Shown here: positions 25,632 to 35,571 of the stretch, one piece after another
How the letters are laid out: the number at the start of each line of letters is the position of its first letter
Position numbering within the stretch: the stretch's first letter is position 1
Assembly: GCA_016181405.1 (NCBI GenBank)
Contig: JACOZJ010000003.1
Span: 1-40,748 of the forward strand
Reading direction: 5' to 3'
Length of the DNA stretch: 40,748 nucleotides
From: Candidatus Wildermuthbacteria bacterium
GTDB taxonomy: Bacteria > Patescibacteriota > Minisyncoccia > Minisyncoccales > UBA10102
Notes under the pieces: model-generated
Seen by the model: only the letters and a program-made list of their open reading frames with translations
Told to the model about the DNA's origin: nothing
The model's database searches: none
Position numbers and translations under genes: made by a program

Positions 25632-26423
25632 ATGCAACGAGGAATTATTACAAAAAAGAAACCCGAAAAGCAATTGCTTATGCGCCTCCCAAAAAGCGGA
25701 GGGCGGGGTAATACTGGGCGCATTACAATACGGCATCGAGGAGGAGGGGCAAGGAAACTCTACCGGAAGATTATGTTCGGGCAAACTCAGCTTGGGCAAA
25801 AAGGGCAGGTTCGCGCAATCGAATACGATCCCAATCGGAACGCATTGATTATGCTTATAGAGTATACAAACGGATCCAAATTCTATATGTTAGCCCCTCA
25901 TGGGATTCGAGTGGGAGATGAGATTTTGTGCGATGAAAAAACTGATGTGAAAATAGGAAATCGGATGAAGCTGAAAAATGTTCCGCCGGGCGAACAAATA
26001 TACAACATTGAGTTGATACCTGGTCAGGGAGGAACAATAGTTCGCTCCGCCGGAAATTCAGCGCGCGTGGAAGCGCACGAGGGCAAGTACACGCAGCTCG
26101 CATTTCCGTCAAGCGAAATAAGGAGAGTGCTGGGCGAGTCTTTCTGTTCTATTGGGATGGTTTCAAATCCGGAATTCATGTATGAACGAGTAAAAAACGC
26201 GGGGCGTTCGCGACTCAAAGGGCGAAGACCTCATGTGCGCGGGACCGCTATGAATCCTGTGGATCATCCGCATGGAGGCGGAGAGGGAAGGCAGCCCATT
26301 GGTTTGAAATATCCAAAAACTCCGTGGGGTAAACCAGCACTCGGAGTGAAAACCAGAAGATCGAAGAAGTGGACGAATACGTTTATTATATCGAGAAGAA
26401 AGAAGAAAAAGAAAGAAAGATAA
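25632..26423 (+). CDS. rplB: 50S ribosomal protein L2 (N-terminally short)
   Basis: GRITIRHRGGG, IEYDPNRNA, AMNPVDHPHGGGEG. Confidence 0.98.
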   Translation: MQRGIITKKKPEKQLLMRLPKSGGRGNTGRITIRHRGGGARKLYRKIMFGQTQLGQKGQVRAIEYDPNRNALIMLIEYTNGSKFYMLAPHGIRVGDEILCDEKTDVKIGNRMKLKNVPPGEQIYNIELIPGQGGTIVRSAGNSARVEAHEGKYTQLAFPSSEIRRVLGESFCSIGMVSNPEFMYERVKNAGRSRLKGRRPHVRGTAMNPVDHPHGGGEGRQPIGLKYPKTPWGKPALGVKTRRSKKWTNTFIISRRKKKKKER

Positions 26424-26426
26424 ACT

Positions 26427-26744
26427 ATGGCACGATCGCTGAAAAAAGGACCATATATCGACGAGCGACTGCTTCAAAAGCTGAAAGGCGTGAAGCCCGA
26501 TGGCAAGACCGCGGTAAAAACGTGGTCGCGCTCAGCAGTCATTACTCCTGAAATGGTGGGATTTATCTTTGCTGTGCATAATGGAAAGACTTTTTTAAAT
26601 GTAAATGTAGCAGAGGCGATGGTAGGGCATAAGTTGGGAGAATTTTCGCCATCAACCAAGTTTTCAAGACATGGAGGGAAAATGCAAAAGGAAATAGAGC
26701 AGGGTCAAGTGGCGAACCCTCGAGTTGCGCCCAAGAAAGAATAA
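26427..26744 (+). CDS. rpsS: 30S ribosomal protein S19
   Basis: RSLKKGPY, KTWSRS, MVGHKLGEF. Confidence 0.98.
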   Translation: MARSLKKGPYIDERLLQKLKGVKPDGKTAVKTWSRSAVITPEMVGFIFAVHNGKTFLNVNVAEAMVGHKLGEFSPSTKFSRHGGKMQKEIEQGQVANPRVAPKKE

Positions 26745-26750
26745 AAGCAT

Positions 26751-27263
26751 ATGCAGTCAAAGGCAACATTGCGATATTTAAGAATTGCGCCCCGGAAAGT
26801 CAGACTCGTCGCAGAGTTGATACGCGGGAAAAAAACGAGCGAAGCAAACGCTATACTGCGTTTTTGTACGAAAAACGCAGCTAATCCTTTGCAGAAAATA
26901 CTTCAATCCGCTCTGGCCTCCGCAGTTAATAATTTTCAGCTCGATGAGGCGAATTTGTATATCGCAAAACTTGATGTGCAGGAGGGTTCGAAACTCAAGC
27001 GATATCGCCCGCGCGCGCGTGGACGAGCTTATCCTATTGAAAAAAAGACTTCCCATATTACCATGGTGCTCGATGAAATTGTTCCGACCGAAGGAGCTAA
27101 GAAAAGGAAATCTGTTCAGGGCAAGAAGAAAACCGAGGTGGGTACGCCGCAATCAACCAAAGCTGATTTGAGCGGGAAGCCAAAGTTTCGCGCAGAAAGG
27201 GAAATTGCGCAAGCAAAAAGAAATGCGAGAACTGCGAGATTCTTTAGAAGAAAAACGGTTTAA
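26751..27263 (+). CDS. rplV: 50S ribosomal protein L22 with C-terminal extension
   Basis: RIAPRKVRLVA, RPRARGRA..IEKKTSHI. Confidence 0.98.
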   Translation: MQSKATLRYLRIAPRKVRLVAELIRGKKTSEANAILRFCTKNAANPLQKILQSALASAVNNFQLDEANLYIAKLDVQEGSKLKRYRPRARGRAYPIEKKTSHITMVLDEIVPTEGAKKRKSVQGKKKTEVGTPQSTKADLSGKPKFRAEREIAQAKRNARTARFFRRKTV

Positions 27264-27268
27264 TGATT

Positions 27269-27967
27269 ATGGCGCACAAAGTTCACCCAAAAATATTCCG
27301 TACAAGAGAAACAGCCGACTGGTATTCGCGCTGGTTCGAACGGGCTGCATATCCGGAAGCCCTGCGCGAGGACTACTTGATACGTTCGCATATTATCAAG
27401 AAATTGAAAGAAGCCGGCATAGAAAGTGTGGAGATTGAACGCTTTGCAGGGAAAATTTTGATTATCATTAATACGTCACGGCCGGGATTGCTGATTGGGC
27501 GTGGGGGTTCTGGCATTGAAGAGTTGCGCAAAGCGCTTGTAAAAATTTTGGAAACGGATAAAAAGAGTAGATATCGGAGTGCCCACCTTGAGCCGGCGAT
27601 GAGGGCAGTCGATAGCCGGAAACGAGAAATTCGCCTGGAAATACGGGAGATTAAAAATCCTTGGGCTTCAGCCTCTTTGACAGCTCAATGGATTGCACAG
27701 CAGCTTGAAAAGCGAATGCCGCACCGTAAAGTAATGAAGCAGGCAATCGGAAAGGTGATGGCGAACAAGGAAATTGAAGGTGTGCGAGTAGAAGTATCAG
27801 GAAGGTTGGGAGGTACTGATATTGCCAGGAGAGAGAAGTTAAGCATGGGAAGACTGCCTTTGCAAACATTGCGCGCCCGAATTGATTACGCGTTGCGAGA
27901 AGCGAAAACCACATACGGAATGATTGGAGTGAAAGTATGGATGTATAAGGGAGAAAAATTTGACTAG
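27269..27967 (+). CDS. rpsC: 30S ribosomal protein S3
   Basis: AHKVHP..FR, RPGLLIGRGG, PLQTLRARIDY. Confidence 0.98.
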   Translation: MAHKVHPKIFRTRETADWYSRWFERAAYPEALREDYLIRSHIIKKLKEAGIESVEIERFAGKILIIINTSRPGLLIGRGGSGIEELRKALVKILETDKKSRYRSAHLEPAMRAVDSRKREIRLEIREIKNPWASASLTAQWIAQQLEKRMPHRKVMKQAIGKVMANKEIEGVRVEVSGRLGGTDIARREKLSMGRLPLQTLRARIDYALREAKTTYGMIGVKVWMYKGEKFD

Positions 27968-27969
27968 TT

Positions 27970-28380
27970 ATGCTTACGCCCAAAAAGGTAAAACATAGAA
28001 AATGGATGAAGGGAAGATCCCGAGCGAAAGGAGTAGAATCTCGGGGAACCGAAATCTCTTTCGGCTCTTACGGTTTGAAATCCGAAGGGACGAAGTGGGT
28101 TTCAGCCCGGCAGCTAGAAGCCTCCCGGCGAGCAATTATCCGGTATTTGCGTAAAGGAGGAAAGATGTGGACTCGTGTATTCCCAGACAAACCGATTACC
28201 AAAAAGGGCGCGGAAGTGCCAATGGGTGGCGGGAAAGGCGGCGTAGATCATTATGCGGTGGCCGTGAAGCCCGGAAGAATGCTTTTTGAGGTAGATGGTT
28301 TGGGAGAAGAAGCTGCGCGAGACGCATTACGCAAAGCAGCGGCAAAATTACCCTTAAAGACGAAAATTGTGAAACGTTAA
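27970..28380 (+). CDS. rplP: 50S ribosomal protein L16
   Basis: RVFPDKPITKK, MGGGKG. Confidence 0.98.
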   Translation: MLTPKKVKHRKWMKGRSRAKGVESRGTEISFGSYGLKSEGTKWVSARQLEASRRAIIRYLRKGGKMWTRVFPDKPITKKGAEVPMGGGKGGVDHYAVAVKPGRMLFEVDGLGEEAARDALRKAAAKLPLKTKIVKR

Positions 28381-28386
28381 ATCCGC

Positions 28387-28572
28387 ATGGAGACTTTTGA
28401 TTTACAGAAAAAAACTATGACAGAGTTGCAGAAGATGCTTAGAGAGGAACGCGCAAAACTTCAACAGTTGCGGTTTGATTTGCCCGGAGGCAAGGTAAAA
28501 AATGTGCGCGGGATTCGAGAGATACGAAGAAGCATCGCGCGAATATTAACGTTGATAAGACAGAAACAGTAG
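28387..28572 (+). CDS. rpmC: 50S ribosomal protein L29
   Basis: LRF...[13 protein letters not shown]; operon position. Confidence 0.95.
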   Translation: METFDLQKKTMTELQKMLREERAKLQQLRFDLPGGKVKNVRGIREIRRSIARILTLIRQKQ

Positions 28573-28576
28573 AGCT

Positions 28577-28810
28577 ATGAGCAAACGAAGGTTAACTGGA
28601 ATAATTGTTTCAGACAAGATGACAAAGACTGTGGTAGTGGAAACGGTGAGATTCAAGCAGCATCCCAAATATCTGCGGCGTATTCAGATACACGAAAGAT
28701 ACAAGGCGCACGATGAGAAGGGGGAATTTCATACTGGCGATAGAGTTGTTATTGAAGAATCAAGGCCTTTGAGTAAGGATAAACGTTGGAGAGTAGTAGA
28801 AAAATTATGA
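28577..28810 (+). CDS. rpsQ: 30S ribosomal protein S17
   Basis: [25 protein letters not shown]. Confidence 0.98.
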   Translation: MSKRRLTGIIVSDKMTKTVVVETVRFKQHPKYLRRIQIHERYKAHDEKGEFHTGDRVVIEESRPLSKDKRWRVVEKL

Positions 28811-29175
28811 TTCAACCAAGAACCAAACTCAAAGTTGCAGATAACACCGGGGCAAAAATCATCCAGTGTTTTCACGTTATGGGAGGTACGCGCCGTCGAT
28901 ATGCGCAAATTGGCGATGTGATTGTTGCTGCCGTCAAGGAAGCGGAACCCAGAAGAACGGTAAAAAAGCACGAGGTTGTCCGGGCGGTTGTGGTGCGGCA
29001 GAAAAAACCATTTCGGCGCGAAGACGGTTCGTATATCGCTTTTAGCGAAAACGCAGCCGTTCTTTTGGAGAAAGAACAAGAGCCAAAGGGTGGAAGGGTA
29101 TTCGGCCCGATTCCGCGAGAAATACGCGATAAAGGATTTACGAAGATTGCAGCGCTAGCTCCCGAAATATTATGA
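28807..29175 (+). CDS. rplN: 50S ribosomal protein L14
   Basis: [23 protein letters not shown]. Confidence 0.98.
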   Translation: MIQPRTKLKVADNTGAKIIQCFHVMGGTRRRYAQIGDVIVAAVKEAEPRRTVKKHEVVRAVVVRQKKPFRREDGSYIAFSENAAVLLEKEQEPKGGRVFGPIPREIRDKGFTKIAALAPEIL

Positions 29176-29477
29176 GAGTCAAGAAAGGTGACAATGTAAT
29201 AGTGACTAGTGGGAAAGATCGAGGAAAGAAAGGAAAGGTTTTGAGGGCGCTTCCGCGTGAGGCAAGAATAGTTGTCGAGGGAGTTAACATACGCAAAAAA
29301 CACGTCAAGGCAAAACGTGCAGATCAGAAGGGGCAGATTGTGGAGATGCCGGCTATGTTTTCTGTTTCTTCGGTAAAGCTCGTATGCGAAAAATGCGGAA
29401 AGCCGACACGAGTGGGCTACGCAGTGACAGGGAAGAAAAAGTCGCGGATATGCAAAAAATGCGGAGCGGAAATCTAA
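29172..29477 (+). CDS. rplX: 50S ribosomal protein L24
   Basis: [24 protein letters not shown]. Confidence 0.98.
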   Translation: MRVKKGDNVIVTSGKDRGKKGKVLRALPREARIVVEGVNIRKKHVKAKRADQKGQIVEMPAMFSVSSVKLVCEKCGKPTRVGYAVTGKKKSRICKKCGAEI

Positions 29478-29478
29478 T

Positions 29479-30039
29479 ATGACAGGCTTAAAAGAAAAAT
29501 ACGAAAAAGAGGTTATTCCCGCTATGATGAAGAAGTTTGGCTACAAAAGCGTCATGGCTGTTCCACGTTTGGAGAAAGTGGTGCTAAACACCGGATTTGG
29601 CAAATTAATTACCGCGAAATCTGGCGATGATCATCGGAAAACGCTGGAGGCGATTTTAGGAGATATGTCGAGTATCGCCGGCCAGCGCGCCATGCTCACC
29701 CGAGCCAAGCAGTCTGTCGCCGGCTTTAAGCTTCGCGCGGGAACGCCCATAGGGGCCAAGGTAACATTACGGGGCGCTAGAGTGTACGGTTTCCTTGAAC
29801 GATTGATTCATGTGGTGCTTCCGCGTTCAAGAGATTTTCGCGGATTGCCAGTTTCCAATGTTGATGAAAGAGGGAATCTCGCGGTTGGCATTCGAGAGCA
29901 TATCTTTTTCCCGGAGGTTTCCCCAGAGAAGGCAAGAGATATTTTCGGACTCCAGGTAACAGTTACGACAACTGCGAAAAGCAAGGAAGAAGGGTTAGAG
30001 TTATTCCGTTTGTTAGGATTTCCCATTAAACATGATTAA
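29479..30039 (+). CDS. rplE: 50S ribosomal protein L5
   Basis: [29 protein letters not shown]. Confidence 0.98.
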   Translation: MTGLKEKYEKEVIPAMMKKFGYKSVMAVPRLEKVVLNTGFGKLITAKSGDDHRKTLEAILGDMSSIAGQRAMLTRAKQSVAGFKLRAGTPIGAKVTLRGARVYGFLERLIHVVLPRSRDFRGLPVSNVDERGNLAVGIREHIFFPEVSPEKARDIFGLQVTVTTTAKSKEEGLELFRLLGFPIKHD

Positions 30040-30044
30040 CGAAT

Positions 30045-30230
30045 ATGGCAAGTAAAGCCCACATTTCAAAATCAAAGAAAAAGCCAAAATTTTCAAGCCG
30101 GACTCTGAACCGATGTTTTCGCTGCGGAAGAAAGCGCGGGTATATGCGGGATTTTGACTTATGCCGCATTTGTTTTCGAGAAATGGCAAACCAGGGATTA
30201 ATACCGGGGATTACGAAATCAAGTTGGTAA
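30045..30230 (+). CDS. rpsZ: 30S ribosomal protein S14, Zn-binding (type Z)
   Basis: RCFRCGR...LCRICFRE...GITKSSW. Confidence 0.97.
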   Translation: MASKAHISKSKKKPKFSSRTLNRCFRCGRKRGYMRDFDLCRICFREMANQGLIPGITKSSW

Positions 30231-30237
30231 CTTACCT

Positions 30238-30627
30238 ATGCAAGATCCAATCGCAGACATGCTTAATCGTTTAGTAAACGCCCAAGCCGTGAAAAAAGAA
30301 ACGGTGGAAGTTCCGTTTTCGCAGATCAAATATGCGATTGCGAAAATTTTGGAAAGCAAGGGATTTGTAAAAAGCGTAGAGTTCAAGGGCAAGCGGACAA
30401 AGAAGCTCATCGAGATTGCTTTGCTTTATCCGGAAGGATTTCCGCGAATCGAAGGAGTTAAGCGTATTTCCAAGCCCGGGCAAAGAGTATACGCGCCCAC
30501 CCAGAAGATACGGCGTATACGAAGCGGCAAAGGGATTGCGATTATTTCCACTTCGAAAGGGTTGATGACAAATCAGGAAGCGCAAAAACAAAAAGTAGGA
30601 GGAGAAATACTTTGCGAAATTTATTAA
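30238..30627 (+). CDS. rpsH: 30S ribosomal protein S8
   Basis: DPIADMLNR, ISKPGQRVY, STSKGLMT. Confidence 0.98.
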   Translation: MQDPIADMLNRLVNAQAVKKETVEVPFSQIKYAIAKILESKGFVKSVEFKGKRTKKLIEIALLYPEGFPRIEGVKRISKPGQRVYAPTQKIRRIRSGKGIAIISTSKGLMTNQEAQKQKVGGEILCEIY

Positions 30628-30631
30628 GGAT

Positions 30632-31186
30632 ATGAGCAGAATCGGAAAAAAACCAATTGAAATACCACAAGGGGTGCAGGTGCAGGTTGAAGGAAGAAAG
30701 GTGCTGGTGAAAGGGCCAAAGGGAGAACTCTCGCGTGAGTTTCGCCCCGAGGTTGCTATTGAGCAGAAAGATGGTAGCATGATTGTGAATTCATTGAGTA
30801 ATTCTAAGCTGGGAAAGTCTTTATGGGGGTTATCGCGCACGCTGCTTGCAAACATGATTCAGGGTGTTTCTCAAGGGTACGCGAAACGGCTGGAAATCGA
30901 AGGGGTAGGGTATAAGGCTGCAATGGAAGGTAATTCTTTGGCATTGAATGTAGGTTTTAGCAACCCCGTGAAAATGGAGCTTCCCCCACATACAACGGTT
31001 TCGGTTGAGAAGAATATTATTACGGTGAGCGGAATTGATAAAGAAGAAGTTGGACAGTTTGCGGCAAGCATTAGAAAGGTGCGAGTTCCTGAACCTTATA
31101 AGGGGAAAGGCATTCGATACGAAGGCGAAATTATACGTCGAAAACTTGGGAAGAAGGCGGCAACTGCTGCAGGGAGTAAGGCCTAA
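30632..31186 (+). CDS. rplF: 50S ribosomal protein L6
   Basis: MSRIGKKPI, PEPYKGKGIRY. Confidence 0.98.
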   Translation: MSRIGKKPIEIPQGVQVQVEGRKVLVKGPKGELSREFRPEVAIEQKDGSMIVNSLSNSKLGKSLWGLSRTLLANMIQGVSQGYAKRLEIEGVGYKAAMEGNSLALNVGFSNPVKMELPPHTTVSVEKNIITVSGIDKEEVGQFAASIRKVRVPEPYKGKGIRYEGEIIRRKLGKKAATAAGSKA

Positions 31187-31187
31187 T

Positions 31188-31538
31188 ATGATTGAGGAAA
31201 CAAAGAGAGAAAAAAGAATACGGCGCCATAGGCGGATACGTGCGAGAATCACGGGGAATGCGGCAAGGCCGCGTTTGGCAGTGTTCCGTTCGAACAAACA
31301 TTTGTACGTTCAGTTGATTGACGACGAGAAGGGGCATGTGCTTGCTTCTTTTTCGGATATGAATTTCAAATCCAAGGAGAAGAAAGGAGAGGTTTCGAAA
31401 GAAATTGGCAAACGCATTGCGCAGGCGGCGAAGGATCAAAAAATCGGATCGATTGTGTTTGATCGGAGTGGATATAAATACCATGGGCACGTAAAGGTCT
31501 TAGCAGAAGAAATACGCTCGCAGGGCATTGTATTTTAA
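31188..31538 (+). CDS. rplR: 50S ribosomal protein L18
   Basis: RPRLAVFRSNKH, VFDRSGYKYHG. Confidence 0.98.
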   Translation: MIEETKREKRIRRHRRIRARITGNAARPRLAVFRSNKHLYVQLIDDEKGHVLASFSDMNFKSKEKKGEVSKEIGKRIAQAAKDQKIGSIVFDRSGYKYHGHVKVLAEEIRSQGIVF

Positions 31539-31539
31539 T

Positions 31540-32094
31540 ATGGCACGAGAACAAGGACAATCTGATCGCGGTCACGGTTCTAGGGGAGGATTTCGCAAGG
31601 AAGCGGGAAAGCGAGAGTCGGATGCAAAATTATTTGATTTAGCACGCGTTACGCGGGTGGCAGCGGGGGGTCGTCGTTTCCGTTTTCGCGCCGTCGTCAT
31701 TTCGGGCGACAAACAAGGGAAAGTAGGTGTTGGCGTTGCAAAAGGATCAGATGTTACCCAGGCGATAGAAAAGGCAACACGCCAGGCGAAGAAACGAGCC
31801 ATTCTGGTGCCTATTCAAAAGGGTACAATCCCGCATGAGGTGAAAGCAAAATTTGGGGCTTCAGTGGTATTGCTGAAACCGCAAAAAGGCGGCAGGGGTC
31901 TGGTTGCCGGAGGGCCGATACGCATTATTTGTGAATTCGCGGGAATTCAGAATATATCGGGAAAGTTTGTTTCGAAAACTCACAATAAGCTGAATAACGC
32001 ATTGGCGACGATAGAAGCTTTAAAAATGCTGAAAAAAGTCCGCCCGACGGCGGCGAAAAACGATGCAGATACACGAGATACAACCAAAGACTAA
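31540..32094 (+). CDS. rpsE: 30S ribosomal protein S5
   Basis: RVTRVAAGGRRFRF, TIPHEV; overlaps rplO by 32 nt. Confidence 0.97.
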   Translation: MAREQGQSDRGHGSRGGFRKEAGKRESDAKLFDLARVTRVAAGGRRFRFRAVVISGDKQGKVGVGVAKGSDVTQAIEKATRQAKKRAILVPIQKGTIPHEVKAKFGASVVLLKPQKGGRGLVAGGPIRIICEFAGIQNISGKFVSKTHNKLNNALATIEALKMLKKVRPTAAKNDADTRDTTKD

Positions 32095-32491
32095 ACAGCG
32101 AAAGGCACGCCGCATTGGCCGTGGCGGGAAAAAGGGCACGTATTCCGGGCGCGGCATGAAGGGGCAGAAATCCCGAGCCGGACATCGAATGTCTCCGAAG
32201 GTGCGGGAATTGCTGAAACGGTATCCCAAACTGCGCGGATCCCGGAGACCAACGCGTGAAAAAGCGATTATCGTAAAACTTTCCCAATTGGAAAAGCATT
32301 TTCAGGCCGGTGAAACGGTGAATCCTGCTGTGCTGGCGCAAAAGAAAATTGCAGGTAAAATAAAAGGGGTGATCCCTGGTATTAAAATTCTGGGCGATGG
32401 AGAAATAACCAAAGCGCTAACCATAGAAGATTGCGTTTTGTCAAAGCGCGCACGCGAGAAAATAGTAAAAGCGGGTGGAACCATAAAATAG
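32063..32491 (+). CDS. rplO: 50S ribosomal protein L15
   Basis: RIGRGG..G.YSGRGMKGQKSRAG, KILGDG. Confidence 0.97.
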   Translation: MQIHEIQPKTKQRKARRIGRGGKKGTYSGRGMKGQKSRAGHRMSPKVRELLKRYPKLRGSRRPTREKAIIVKLSQLEKHFQAGETVNPAVLAQKKIAGKIKGVIPGIKILGDGEITKALTIEDCVLSKRAREKIVKAGGTIK

Positions 32492-32493
32492 AC

Positions 32494-33771
32494 ATGCTTG
32501 AAAAACTCCTTCGACTTTTTAAACTTAAAGACCTTCGGAATAAGATTTTATTCGTTTTGGGCATTTTCGTCATTTTTCGATTAATGGCGAATATTCCCAT
32601 TCCCGGGATTGATGCCTCAAGATTGCAGGCCTTTTTTGAGGGCAATCAATTGTTTGGTTTGATTAATTTATTTACGGGTGGCGCGCTCGACAACCTTTCG
32701 ATTGTAATGCTTGGGGTGGGGCCGTACATTACCGCGGTCATTGTAATGCAGTTGCTTACGATGATTTTTCCGGCGCTCAATCGTTTGTATAAAGAAGAAG
32801 GTGAAGAAGGAAGAAAGAAATTTAATCAGTATGGAAGAATATTGACCATTCCTTTTGCGTTTGTGCAGGGATACGGATTTTTGACACTTCTTTCTCGGCA
32901 GGGCATTATCGATCAGTTGTCTCCGCTTTTTTACCTCACGGCGCTCGGCACGGTAATCGCTGGAACAGTATTTTTGATGTGGCTAGGCGAGTTGATTACG
33001 GAAAAGGGCATTGGAAATGGCGTGTCGCTTTTAATTTTTGCCGGTATCGTCGCTGAATTTCCTTTGAGTGTGCGGCAGCTATTTGTTGATTGGGATCCTT
33101 CACGCAGCCTTTCAATCGCCGCGTTTTTCCTCATGGCGATAGTAATTATCGCGGGGGTAGTGTTTGTAACGGAAGCGCGGCGCAATATTCCCGTATCTTA
33201 CGCTAAGCGCGTGCGCGGCAACAAAATTTATGGAGGTAGCTCCACGTATCTTCCTTTGAGCGTAAATCCTGCGGGAGTGATTCCCATCATTTTTGCATTG
33301 TCGCTTCTGATGTTTCCCGGAATGATCGCGAACTTCTTTGTAGGTCAGCCGGGTTTCGCGGGGAACATCGCGCGATTCATTACGACCAATTTCAATCCCA
33401 CATCCTGGATATATATTGTTGTGTACTTTTTGCTGGTGGGCGCTTTTACCTTTTTCTATACAGCAGTAACGTTCGAACCAAAATCGATTTCCACAAACCT
33501 GCAAAAGATGGGTGGGTTTGTGCCCGGCGTGCGGCCTGGCGCTTCTACCGCCGAACATATTTCCTATATCTTAAATCGCATACTGCTAATTGGCGCCCTG
33601 TTTTTGGGTGCGGTGGCGGTAATGCCTTTTTTGGTGCAGATGATTACTCACGTTACGGCGTTTCAATTTTTGCTCGGCGGCACCGCGCTTCTCATTATGG
33701 TAAACGTGGCTTTGGAGACTATGCGGCAAGTGCGGGCGCAGCTCCAGATGCGCGATTATGACACCTTCTAA
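32494..33771 (+). CDS. secY: Preprotein translocase subunit SecY
   Basis: LGVGPYITAVIVMQLL, GIGNGVSLLIFAGI, AGVIPIIFA, PGVRPG. Confidence 0.98.
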   Translation: MLEKLLRLFKLKDLRNKILFVLGIFVIFRLMANIPIPGIDASRLQAFFEGNQLFGLINLFTGGALDNLSIVMLGVGPYITAVIVMQLLTMIFPALNRLYKEEGEEGRKKFNQYGRILTIPFAFVQGYGFLTLLSRQGIIDQLSPLFYLTALGTVIAGTVFLMWLGELITEKGIGNGVSLLIFAGIVAEFPLSVRQLFVDWDPSRSLSIAAFFLMAIVIIAGVVFVTEARRNIPVSYAKRVRGNKIYGGSSTYLPLSVNPAGVIPIIFALSLLMFPGMIANFFVGQPGFAGNIARFITTNFNPTSWIYIVVYFLLVGAFTFFYTAVTFEPKSISTNLQKMGGFVPGVRPGASTAEHISYILNRILLIGALFLGAVAVMPFLVQMITHVTAFQFLLGGTALLIMVNVALETMRQVRAQLQMRDYDTF

Positions 33772-34354
33772 CTTTAAAGTATTAATTGTATTGGGGAAAT
33801 CGGGATCCGGGAAGGGGACGCAGGTGGAAAAACTCGCCGAGCAGTACGGCTTGAAAATTATTAGTTCTGGAAGTTTACTCCGCGCCCGCGCAGAAGAAAA
33901 AGATTTTGTCGGGAATAGAATTGCGGGAATTCTTGATAAGGGAGGGCTTATTCCTACGCCGATCATTTTCCATTTATGGCTGCACGAATTAGAGAAAGTA
34001 ACAGTCGCGGGAGATGGCGGTAAGGGAATTATATTTGAAGGAAGCCCCCGGAAACTTTACGAAGCTTACCTGCTGGATGAGACTTTGTGGTTCTATAACC
34101 TGGAAAAAGACATGCGAGTTGTTCACCTCGATATTACTGATGAAGAAGCGGCGAGACGGCTTTTGGAGCGAAAACGAGAGGATGATACCGAAGAGGCGAT
34201 TCGGGAGCGGCTGCAATGGTATAAAGCAGAGGTGGTGCCGGCCATAGAATACTATCGGGAGAAGGGGAGGCTGGTTGAAATTAACGGGGAACAATCGATT
34301 GAGGCCGTACATCAGGAAATAATGGAGAAACTCAAAGATTTTCTTGAACAATGA
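33758..34354 (+). CDS. adk: Adenylate kinase, short form without a LID domain
   Basis: GKSGSGKGTQ P-loop, SSGSLLR, EGSPR, REDDTEEAIRERL; located between secY and map. Confidence 0.9.
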   Translation: MTPSNFKVLIVLGKSGSGKGTQVEKLAEQYGLKIISSGSLLRARAEEKDFVGNRIAGILDKGGLIPTPIIFHLWLHELEKVTVAGDGGKGIIFEGSPRKLYEAYLLDETLWFYNLEKDMRVVHLDITDEEAARRLLERKREDDTEEAIRERLQWYKAEVVPAIEYYREKGRLVEINGEQSIEAVHQEIMEKLKDFLEQ

Positions 34355-35100
34355 TCCCTATCAAAACACCGCAAGAAATTGCGATTATGCGGGAAGGGGG
34401 GCGCATACTGGCCAGGATAATGGATGAGCTTATTGCGCAAGTGCGGCCTGGCATGAGCACTGCACAACTTGACAAAAGCGCTGAAGAAAAAATTTTAAAA
34501 GCAGGTGCAAAGCCTGCTTTTAAAGGTTATCAAGGGTTTCCGGCTACGTTATGCGCGTCGGTAAACGAAGAGGTAGTACACGCGATTCCCTCTCCGGAGA
34601 AAATTCTCAAAGAGGGCGATATTATCACTCTTGATTTAGGGCTCATTTATAAAGGCTATTATTCGGATATGGCGCGTACAGTGCCGGTGGGAGAAATTAA
34701 AAAAGAAACCGCGCGGCTTGTACGGGTTACCAGAGAAGCATTAGAGCTTGGCATCAAAAAAACGCGTCCGGGCGCGACTGTAGGAGATGTTGGGAACGCA
34801 ATTCAGCGTTTTTTGGAAGAACGGGGATATGGCGTTGTGCGCGAGCTTTGCGGTCACGGCATTGGAAAAGAACTCCATGAAGAACCCCAGGTGCTCAATT
34901 ACGGTGATCGCCATACCGGAGTTGAGCTCAAGGAGGGCATGGTTATTTGTATTGAACCTATGGTTACTGTGGGGGATTGGAATGTGAAGCGAGCTAGAGA
35001 CGGCCAGACATATATAACCCGAGACGGCTCTCTCTCGGCGCACTTTGAAGACACGATCGCGATAACAAAAGATGGCGCGGAGGCGTTGACGAGGCCTTGA
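34351..35100 (+). CDS. map: Methionine aminopeptidase type I
   Basis: CASVNEEVVHAIP, GHGIGKELHEEP, IEPM, SAHFEDTI. Confidence 0.97.
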   Translation: MIPIKTPQEIAIMREGGRILARIMDELIAQVRPGMSTAQLDKSAEEKILKAGAKPAFKGYQGFPATLCASVNEEVVHAIPSPEKILKEGDIITLDLGLIYKGYYSDMARTVPVGEIKKETARLVRVTREALELGIKKTRPGATVGDVGNAIQRFLEERGYGVVRELCGHGIGKELHEEPQVLNYGDRHTGVELKEGMVICIEPMVTVGDWNVKRARDGQTYITRDGSLSAHFEDTIAITKDGAEALTRP

Positions 35101-35150
35101 AAAGTATCTAAAATAACTAGAATCAACCCGAGGGGAAAAGGGAGTATGTT

Positions 35151-35486
35151 GTGATTCCACATTCCAAACTTTTGGGTCAGTATGATTTCGTTGATCGTTT
35201 CTTCGAGGGTCTCGCTCGGGTCGGGAAAGATGGCAAGCAATTTCACGTTCGTCTTGACGGCACGCCGGCCTACGAGGAGAGGTACGATTGTGTCAGTCCC
35301 TTCTTTTCTGTTGAAGGTCTTGCCTGGGCGAGGGAAGCAGGTCAATGGTTCCACATTCGCCGTGATGGCAAACCGGCCTACCCGGAGCGGTATGACTCGG
35401 TTGCCCCATTTTTCCAGGGTCGTGCGCTGGTAAAGAAGGGTGGTACCTACTTCCGCATTACCCCAGATGGAAAGCCGGTAGAGTAA
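35151..35486 (+). CDS. WG/KWG-repeat-like small protein (three repeats)
   Basis: Three copies of YD.V.PF.(E/Q)G.A.V...G..FHI..DG.P; SD-like aagggag 6 nt before GTG. Confidence 0.78.
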   Translation: MIPHSKLLGQYDFVDRFFEGLARVGKDGKQFHVRLDGTPAYEERYDCVSPFFSVEGLAWAREAGQWFHIRRDGKPAYPERYDSVAPFFQGRALVKKGGTYFRITPDGKPVE

Positions 35487-35515
35487 CCTGCGAAAGGTTT
35501 CTTTGCTGGCATGCA

Positions 35516-35542
35516 CCCCAGTTTCTCATACTGGGGCTTTTT
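35516..35542 (+). terminator. Intrinsic terminator
   Basis: ccccagt-ttctcat-actgggg-cttttt. Confidence 0.75.
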
Positions 35543-35571
35543 CATACTAATGGATCGTGCTACAATATCCA

